From Candidatus Fermentibacteraceae bacterium (GTDB taxonomy: Bacteria; Fermentibacterota; Fermentibacteria; Fermentibacterales; JCC-6), in NCBI GenBank assembly GCA_041750285.1, contig JBGSZS010000008.1:1-64000 (forward strand): a stretch of 64,000 nucleotides of DNA. Direction: 5' to 3'. Positions 57,965-64,000 of this stretch are shown one piece after another. The position numbers and the translations under genes are program-made. How positions within the stretch are numbered: the first letter of the stretch is position 1; every line of letters begins with the position of its first letter. Below the pieces are notes generated by a model. The model had not been told where the DNA came from. It ran no database searches and was given only the letters and a program-made list of their open reading frames with translations.

Positions 57965-58650
57965 TGCAGGAACCTTTCGAATACCGGTGAAAAACTTGAA
58001 AGCCCTCCCCGGTGATTCCCGATCGACTCGATCAGGGCCGACAGAGCCCGGGGCTCGTCAAGAGGCCTTTCAGCGCTCACCACAAGGGTCGGGAAATGCC
58101 TTTCCCTCAGGAAGAAGCTGTTGTACGAATCAACAAGCCTCTCGATCCAGCTTCTGCTGACATCCTTCTCAAAAGGCCTTCCGTGCCTGAAGAGCCTCTC
58201 CGTCAGAAAGCCCGGTGAAGCCTGCAGATAGATCGCAAGGTCGGGATCTGCTGCAGAAGGCGCCAGCGCGCCGGAGAGTTTCGCGTAAAGCCCCTGTTCC
58301 CTGTCTGAGAGGGTAGCCCTTGCGAAGATGCCGTCCCTGTGGAAGCAGAAGTCACTGACTGTCAGCCCGTGGAACAGGTCGGCTCTCCCCAGCTCACCAA
58401 GGCGTTCATACCTTTGCAGAAGGAAAGATATCTGGGTCTGGAAGGCCCACTTTCCCATATCACGGTGGAAAAGGGGAAGGAACGGGTTTTCCTCGGGTTT
58501 TTCGAGAACGAGCCGTCCGTTCAGCCTTCCGGCCAGAAGCCTGGCAAGAGATGTCTTTCCTGCTCCGGGAGGACCCTCGATAACCAGGGTTGACGGAAGC
58601 CGCAGATCAGTCAAAACTGAATCCTTCACACAGTGTAATATGTGATTCAT
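57961..58650 (-). CDS. Deoxynucleoside kinase
   Basis: IEGPPGAGKTS, NPFLPLF, FQTQISFLLQRY and RPFE motifs. Confidence 0.9.
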   Translation of the reverse strand: MNHILHCVKDSVLTDLRLPSTLVIEGPPGAGKTSLARLLAGRLNGRLVLEKPEENPFLPLFHRDMGKWAFQTQISFLLQRYERLGELGRADLFHGLTVSDFCFHRDGIFARATLSDREQGLYAKLSGALAPSAADPDLAIYLQASPGFLTERLFRHGRPFEKDVSRSWIERLVDSYNSFFLRERHFPTLVVSAERPLDEPRALSALIESIGNHRGGLSSFSPVFERFLQ

Positions 58651-59107
58651 CAGGGGTTTGTGCCAGCAATTCCCCCGCAGTTCGCGAAAAGCCGGGAACC
58701 GGGTCCACAAAGACCTCGCCGAGGGGAACGAGAACGAAGCGCCTGAGGTGCATCCTGGGGTGGGGAAGGACCAGTTCTGCGCTGGTCGAGCCACCCTCGA
58801 TGAACAGGATGTCCGCGTCGATGGAGCGGGAAGCCCCCAGTTTGTGGACCGGCGCGCCGCAAAGTGACTCAATCTCGCGGCACAGAACGAGAAGCCCGTG
58901 GTCTGACCCTGACCATTCCCCCACAGCCACGAAGTTCATGAAGTCGCCTCCGGCGACCTCCCCCCACCGAGGGGTCTGGTAAACTCGGGAAAACCTGACG
59001 TTCGTCACACCGGAAGCTTTTAACAGGAAGGTGGCGGCTCTCCTGAAGCAGGCCGGAGTATCCGGCGTGTTGCCTCCGAAACCCAGGCCGAACACCCTAG
59101 TCAGCAA
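58607..59107 (-). CDS. folK: HPPK (divergent)
   Basis: FMNFV, RSIDADIL and LPHPRMHLRRFVLVPL motifs. Confidence 0.85.
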   Translation of the reverse strand: MLTRVFGLGFGGNTPDTPACFRRAATFLLKASGVTNVRFSRVYQTPRWGEVAGGDFMNFVAVGEWSGSDHGLLVLCREIESLCGAPVHKLGASRSIDADILFIEGGSTSAELVLPHPRMHLRRFVLVPLGEVFVDPVPGFSRTAGELLAQTPDESHITLCEGFSFD

Positions 59108-59423
59108 TTGTGTACACCGCACACTCCAGAGCCGGGTTCACCGGGGGGAAGGGTTTTCTCACCGTGACCCTCCACTCTCCGGGCCAGCGGGTCTTAAGCG
59201 CCCGGAGAAGCCTTTCGGCGAGCTGTTCGATGAAGTCGAAGCTCTCTCCGGAAACGGAGTCCAGCAGTGAACAGACTTCGCGGTAGTCTACGACAGACAT
59301 CGGACATACGTTTCCCGAGTGGGAAACATCAACACCGACCCGCCTTGGAAAAAGCTTCTCGCAGGGAAGCACACCAAGGAACACGTTCAGGGAAACGTCC
59401 CTCAGTTCAAGGGTTCCCTTCAC
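59097..59423 (-). CDS. folB: Dihydroneopterin aldolase
   Basis: GVLPCEK, VDY, FIEQLA and VRKP motifs; upstream of folK. Confidence 0.8.
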   Translation of the reverse strand: MKGTLELRDVSLNVFLGVLPCEKLFPRRVGVDVSHSGNVCPMSVVDYREVCSLLDSVSGESFDFIEQLAERLLRALKTRWPGEWRVTVRKPFPPVNPALECAVYTIAD

Positions 59424-60655
59424 TCTTTGTCCTGCTCTTTTCTCAGCCATTGCAGAAGCCGGTTGCGGTACAGCTCCATTTCCTCGAGCCTTCCGACCGC
59501 CTGATGGATCCTGGCCTCGGGTACGGTCAGGGCGAACCTGATGAAGCCCTCTCCCCATGAGCCGAAACCGCTTCCGGGTGTTACCATGATGCCCGCGCGG
59601 TTCACAAGCTTGCCCGCGAATGCCATTGAATCGGCCCCCCTGGGCAGCCTGACCCAAAGGTAGAAGGTGCCGGGTGAATCGAATACCTCCCAGCCAAGCC
59701 TGTTCAGACCGGTTCGAAGCGTTTCCCTCCGACTGCGGTAAACCGACAGCAGTTCACCGAGATGGTCGGCAGGAAGTGACATTGCAGCCGCGCCGGCCGC
59801 CTGCAATGCGGTGAATACACCCGAATCGATGTTTTCCTTGGCGCCCATGAAGGTCTCGACAAGCCTCCTCGATCCGGCCACGAAGCCAACCCGCCATCCC
59901 GTCATGTTGAAGGTCTTGGATAGGCTGTGAAACTCGAGCACAACATCCTGAGCTCCGGGAACCTGAAGGAAAGAGAGGGGTTTTACGCCGTCGAAACGAA
60001 CATGGCTGTAAGAGTTGTCGCTTGCGAGAAGGATGTTGTGCTCCCTGCTGAAATCCACGAAGTGCTGCATCTGTTCGATGGACAGCACCGCCCCCGTGGG
60101 ATTGTTGGGGTAGTTCAGAAAAAGCACCTTGGCCTGCCTGAGCACTTCGGGGGGGATCCTGTCAAGTGCGGGAACAAAGCCCTTGTCCCAAAGCAGGGGA
60201 ACATCAAAGGGAATTGCGTCGGCAAGGATTGCGGAAGCCCTGTATACTGGATAGCCGGGGTTGGGGACCAGAACGATGTCCCCCCGGTTGCAGAACACCA
60301 TGGGAACGTGTGCCAGACCTTCCTTGGAACCGATCAGTGTGGCGATGGATTCAACCCCCGAAAGGCCGAAATCCCTTTTCAGGAATGACTTTGCGGCATC
60401 AATGAAGAAACCGCTTCCCCTGTTCCGCGGATACCTGTGGAAAGACGGTTCAAGCAGTGCTTTACGGCCTGCCTCGACAACCGCAGCGGGTGTCGGGAGG
60501 TCGGGGTCGCCAATTCCGAAATCAATTATGTCAAGCCCCCTCTTGACAGCGGCAGCCCTCTTTCTGTCAAGTTCGGCGAAGAGGTAGGGGGGAAGCTTGC
60601 TAAGCCTTTCCGAAGCGCTTATCAGGGCCCTTTTCTCCAAGGCTTCTCCTTTCAT
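59420..60655 (-). CDS. dapL: LL-diaminopimelate aminotransferase-like class I aminotransferase
   Basis: LPPYLFA, GIGDPD, GSKEG, NYPNNPTG, SLSKTFNMTGWRVG and PGSGFG motifs. Confidence 0.85.
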   Translation of the reverse strand: MKGEALEKRALISASERLSKLPPYLFAELDRKRAAAVKRGLDIIDFGIGDPDLPTPAAVVEAGRKALLEPSFHRYPRNRGSGFFIDAAKSFLKRDFGLSGVESIATLIGSKEGLAHVPMVFCNRGDIVLVPNPGYPVYRASAILADAIPFDVPLLWDKGFVPALDRIPPEVLRQAKVLFLNYPNNPTGAVLSIEQMQHFVDFSREHNILLASDNSYSHVRFDGVKPLSFLQVPGAQDVVLEFHSLSKTFNMTGWRVGFVAGSRRLVETFMGAKENIDSGVFTALQAAGAAAMSLPADHLGELLSVYRSRRETLRTGLNRLGWEVFDSPGTFYLWVRLPRGADSMAFAGKLVNRAGIMVTPGSGFGSWGEGFIRFALTVPEARIHQAVGRLEEMELYRNRLLQWLRKEQDKE

Positions 60656-60711
60656 CCGGCAACCCGTAATATACTCGGGGCGGATATCCCGTGAACTCCC
60701 CGAAGGGCGGC

Positions 60712-63015
60712 ATGATTCTTCCATTCGACCCGGAAACCATGACTGTAAGGTGTGCCATCGGCATCCTCCTGGACCTTTGCCTGCTGCCCGAAAGCCTTCG
60801 CGGAGACGACGACACGGTTGACCAGAGAACACGGCTTTCCGTCCACAATCAGGCTCAGAAGCGAATTGCGGGCTCGACTGGGGGCCTTACCGAGGTGCGG
60901 ACCGAACTTCGGACCACTTCAGGAGGCATCCGCTTCCACCTTTCGGGCAGGGCGGATGTGGCTGCCTCGGGCGGTGTCTGGGAGATCAAGACCTGCTCGC
61001 CCCTCAGGGAAACACCCGCCAGAAGCCACAGACTGCAGCTCTTCTTCTACATGAGGGCTCTCAAGGCAGCATCAGGCCACCTTCTCTACATTGACCCCGA
61101 CTCAATGGAGGAAAGGTTGCTGGAACAGGACTACAGGGACCTCAACCGTCTCTGGAGGGTTTTCATCAGGGAGGCCGCGGAACTGGTGAAAAACGAGTGG
61201 CTTCACCACCGGACGCTGAAGGCATCCCTTGATACTTTCGGTTTTCCCTTTCCCAGGTGGCGCCCCGGGCAGGAGGAACTCGCCGTCTCCACTGCAAAGG
61301 CGGTTGAATCTTCGGGAGAGACCATGATCCAGGCCCCTACCGGAACCGGAAAGACAGCCGCTCTCCTTTTCGGCGCAATGCCGCCGGCGGTCCGGTCATG
61401 GAACACGGTGTTCTTCCTGACGGCGAAGAATACTCAGAAGAGGCTTGCGCTGGATACTGGGGTCAGGTTTCGTGATGGAGGGCTGCCCCTGCGTGTCGTG
61501 ACACTGTCCTCACGGCAGGACACGTGCCCGATCGAGACCGATCGCTGTTCTCCCGAAGCTTGCCCGTTGGCGGAGGTCTTCGAGGAAAGGGTTCGAAAGG
61601 CGGGACTTCTCGATTCGCTCCTCGCGCTTGGCGCGGTTGACACCGCAAGGATAGTGGAGGAATCCGTCAGGGCAGGGGTATGTCCCTTCGAGACGGCTCT
61701 TTGCCTGGCTCAACGCTGCGATCTGGTGATCTGCGACTACAACCACGTGTTCGATCCTTCAGCGAGTCTCAAGAGGTTTTTCGCCGAAGAGGAGACAGCT
61801 GCACGCATCGACCTTCTCGTTGATGAGGCTGGAAACCTGCCGGACCGGGTTATGAAGATCTGGTCTCCGGAAATCAGGGATTCATGGCTGAGGGCAACGG
61901 CATCTTACGCCCGAAGGACAGGGAACCGCAGGCTCACCACGCTCATTCGACCCTGGAAGAAGCTTCTGAAGGCTGCAAAAGCCTTTCTGCCCGATGACGC
62001 AACGGACGACGCGGCTCTGCCTTCAGACCTTTCTCCTCCGAAGGTTGACTCAGCACGATTTCGAAAGGTAATCGGCTCGGCTGCGGAACTGCCCCTGGAA
62101 ACTCTTGAGCTTTCAAGGGCAGTGGCCCGGTTCTCCCTGGTGGCGGAAAGGCTCGACTCGAGGTTTCATCTTCTTGCCAGGTCGGAGAAGGGTGACACGG
62201 TCCTGCAGTGGTTCTGCTCGGACCCTTCCGACCTCACCAGAGAGGTGCACAGCCGATGCAGGTCCGTGACGGCCTTCAGTGCAACGTTGTCACCCGCAGA
62301 CCATTTCAGGCCGCTCCTGGGACTCGCCGGTTCCGCCGGCTGGACCGAAACGGAATGGCCCTTTCCCAGGGAGAACCTGAAGGTGTGGATAGACTCGACG
62401 ATCAATACCCGCTGGAAGGCACGCAAGACCGCCACGGTCCGGGTAGCGTCACGGGTGCGGGGTGCATGGAAAAAAACACCGGGGACATGGCTCGCCTGGT
62501 TTCCGTCTTTCAGCTGGATGGAGGATGTCGCCAGTCTCCTCGGTGAATGCGATCCCCTTGTACAACCAAGGGTTACAACCCCCGAAGAGAGGGAGGCGTT
62601 CCTCGGGATGGCATGCTCGGGCGGGAAGCTCATTCTTGCGGTGGCAGGCGGTGTGTTCTCGGAAGGTGTGGACTTGACCTTTCCCGATCTGAGGGGGGGA
62701 TTCGTGGCCGGGCCGTCCCTGCCTTCGGTGAATACCAGACAGGAACTGGTGAGGGCAGTTCATGAACGGATCTTCGGAGACGGGTTCCTGCACGCCTACG
62801 TCATCCCAGGCATGAACCGTGTTATCCAGGCGGCGGGCAGGCTCGTCAGAAACCCCGATCAGAGGGCCGACCTTGTCCTTCTCGGGGAAAGGTTCGTGCA
62901 AAGCCCATATCTCGAACTGCTGCCGAAACACTGGCTCCCTGCCCGGGTCATCACACCCTACGGCATGAGAACAGAAAAAGGGGGAGGCCGAAACCTCCCC
63001 CAAAGAGCTCGATAG
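60712..63015 (+). CDS. DinG/XPD family Fe-S helicase with N-terminal PD-(D/E)xK nuclease domain
   Basis: SGRAD...WEIKT...QLFFY nuclease motifs; Q motif RPGQ; APTGTGKT; four Cys; DEAG; SATL; SEGVD; QAAGRLVR. Confidence 0.88.
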   Translation: MILPFDPETMTVRCAIGILLDLCLLPESLRGDDDTVDQRTRLSVHNQAQKRIAGSTGGLTEVRTELRTTSGGIRFHLSGRADVAASGGVWEIKTCSPLRETPARSHRLQLFFYMRALKAASGHLLYIDPDSMEERLLEQDYRDLNRLWRVFIREAAELVKNEWLHHRTLKASLDTFGFPFPRWRPGQEELAVSTAKAVESSGETMIQAPTGTGKTAALLFGAMPPAVRSWNTVFFLTAKNTQKRLALDTGVRFRDGGLPLRVVTLSSRQDTCPIETDRCSPEACPLAEVFEERVRKAGLLDSLLALGAVDTARIVEESVRAGVCPFETALCLAQRCDLVICDYNHVFDPSASLKRFFAEEETAARIDLLVDEAGNLPDRVMKIWSPEIRDSWLRATASYARRTGNRRLTTLIRPWKKLLKAAKAFLPDDATDDAALPSDLSPPKVDSARFRKVIGSAAELPLETLELSRAVARFSLVAERLDSRFHLLARSEKGDTVLQWFCSDPSDLTREVHSRCRSVTAFSATLSPADHFRPLLGLAGSAGWTETEWPFPRENLKVWIDSTINTRWKARKTATVRVASRVRGAWKKTPGTWLAWFPSFSWMEDVASLLGECDPLVQPRVTTPEEREAFLGMACSGGKLILAVAGGVFSEGVDLTFPDLRGGFVAGPSLPSVNTRQELVRAVHERIFGDGFLHAYVIPGMNRVIQAAGRLVRNPDQRADLVLLGERFVQSPYLELLPKHWLPARVITPYGMRTEKGGGRNLPQRAR

Positions 63016-63021
63016 CCAGGG

Positions 63022-63285
63022 TTACTGGGTAACGGGCTGCTCGCCCTCGACGACCTCGGCACCCTCGACGGCCTCGACGGCCTCGACGGCCTCGGTACCC
63101 TCGACAACTTCGACGCTGTCTTCGGTGACGACTTCCTCGATGACCTCTTCGGTCACGACTTCCTCGACGACCTCGACGCTGTCTTCGGCCACAACGGTCT
63201 CATCGGTCTCGGTGGCGGGCTCATCGCAGCCAAGGCTGGCAAAGGCCATGAAAACGGCAAGAAGAGCGATTACAAGGTACTTCAT
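63022..63285 (-). CDS. Small acidic Glu/Val-rich lipoprotein
   Basis: MKYLVIALLAVFMAFASLGC lipobox; GGAGG RBS; VEA/VVTE repeats. Confidence 0.75.
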   Translation of the reverse strand: MKYLVIALLAVFMAFASLGCDEPATETDETVVAEDSVEVVEEVVTEEVIEEVVTEDSVEVVEGTEAVEAVEAVEGAEVVEGEQPVTQ

Positions 63286-63385
63286 TTCCCGGATCCTCCT
63301 GTAGCATACGCTGCCAAAGAATTGTCTGAATCTGAGATTTTCAGTTCAGAATTTTTTCACCCCGAACCATGACCCTTTCAGGGCC

Positions 63386-64000
63386 TCATGGGGTTGTAAT
63401 ATCAGCACGATCTTCGGGCGTTGTCAAGGGGGTGGCAATTCGGGAGTAATTACTAAAATGCACCTTCGCACAGCTGTATAAAACGCTTATTCCCCGGGCT
63501 TCCACCAGTTGCCTTCCTGTTGCGTCTGCCGGAGCGCCGGAGCCCGGGGCAATTGAAATACCGAATTCGAGTGACAGGGCTTCCAGTGATCGAAGGTACA
63601 AACCTCGCGCGACAATCGAAGCGGCGGCCACGACAGGGTCATCCTCGGCCCGGCAGCGCAGTGAGAGGGTATAGCCTTTCCCGGTGATCCATGGAGCAAG
63701 CCGTTCCCCGGCGCAGAACCGGTCCACTACCACCTGCTTTGCGCCCGTCCTTCCCAAAAGGTCGGTGATAACCTCTCCGTGGGCCATGGCCTGTATGTCG
63801 AGGCTGTTCTTTCCATTGCCTGCAAAATCCGAGAACAGCCTGTTGTATTCGGGAGGGGGTACAACCCTTGCCGACCAGAAGACCCCCTCCATCCTCCTGA
63901 CCACATCCAGAAGTTCAAGCACCTTTCGGTTCGAAAGGGTCTTGGAGTCAGCCACACCCGCGGACGCAAGCCGCGCTGCTGCAGTGTCATCACATGCCAC
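63386..64000 (-). CDS. rnhC: Ribonuclease HIII/HII family (5' part outside the window)
   Basis: GVADSKTL, VVVDRF, RAEDDPVVAAASIVAR and AKVHF motifs. Confidence 0.85.
   Translation of the reverse strand: MACDDTAAARLASAGVADSKTLSNRKVLELLDVVRRMEGVFWSARVVPPPEYNRLFSDFAGNGKNSLDIQAMAHGEVITDLLGRTGAKQVVVDRFCAGERLAPWITGKGYTLSLRCRAEDDPVVAAASIVARGLYLRSLEALSLEFGISIAPGSGAPADATGRQLVEARGISVLYSCAKVHFSNYSRIATPLTTPEDRADITTP

Noticed and set aside
3468..63003. Many long antisense or alternate-frame ORFs (e.g. 3468..4571, 7677..8687, 20758..21780, 28297..29394, 33972..35165, 37603..38925, 52862..53926)
   Set aside because: They shadow well-supported genes, as expected in GC-rich DNA, and carry no family motifs.
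60712..63015. Helicase as type IV CRISPR CasDinG or a Cas4 fusion
   Set aside because: No repeat-spacer array or cas genes in the window, no Cas4-type cysteine cluster in the nuclease part, and the context is housekeeping.
1..64000. tRNA, rRNA, CRISPR array, prophage
   Set aside because: Intergenic gaps are short, and I saw no cloverleaf, rRNA-like stretch, regularly spaced repeats or phage structural genes by eye.

Overview
Bacterial chromosomal window, mostly GC-rich and densely coding. Kdo/LPS genes and FlgD/T9SS-type C-terminal domains on secreted proteases point to a diderm of the FCB superphylum. A Fermentibacterota-like candidate lineage is my guess and is inference only. Bases 1-3330 are accessory. 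They hold the right end of an IS256-family element inserted into a beta-propeller lipoprotein gene, and a minus-strand integron-like cassette array (CAAX protease, MazEF-type toxin-antitoxin, propeller lipoprotein). The array has unusually short attC-like sites and a sigma70-type promoter, but no adjacent integrase. The rest is mainly housekeeping: short alaS, a putative ceramide-synthesis trio (spt / bCerS-like GNAT / NAD-dependent reductase), zur-znuACB, a gingipain-like C25 protease, an archaeal-type gatD behind a kds-lpt-rpoN operon, two tandem HEXXH metalloproteases, a DUF2723 GT-C glycosyltransferase, an acyl-CoA carboxyltransferase with biotin carrier, a long dapL-folBK-panCD-argS-purM-mnmA-nadA-manC operon, a nuclease-DinG helicase fusion and a partial RNase HIII. 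No rRNA, tRNA or CRISPR array was seen. Several starts were moved by eye from the ORF track to the likelier start codon. All family calls come from motif recognition, not database searches.
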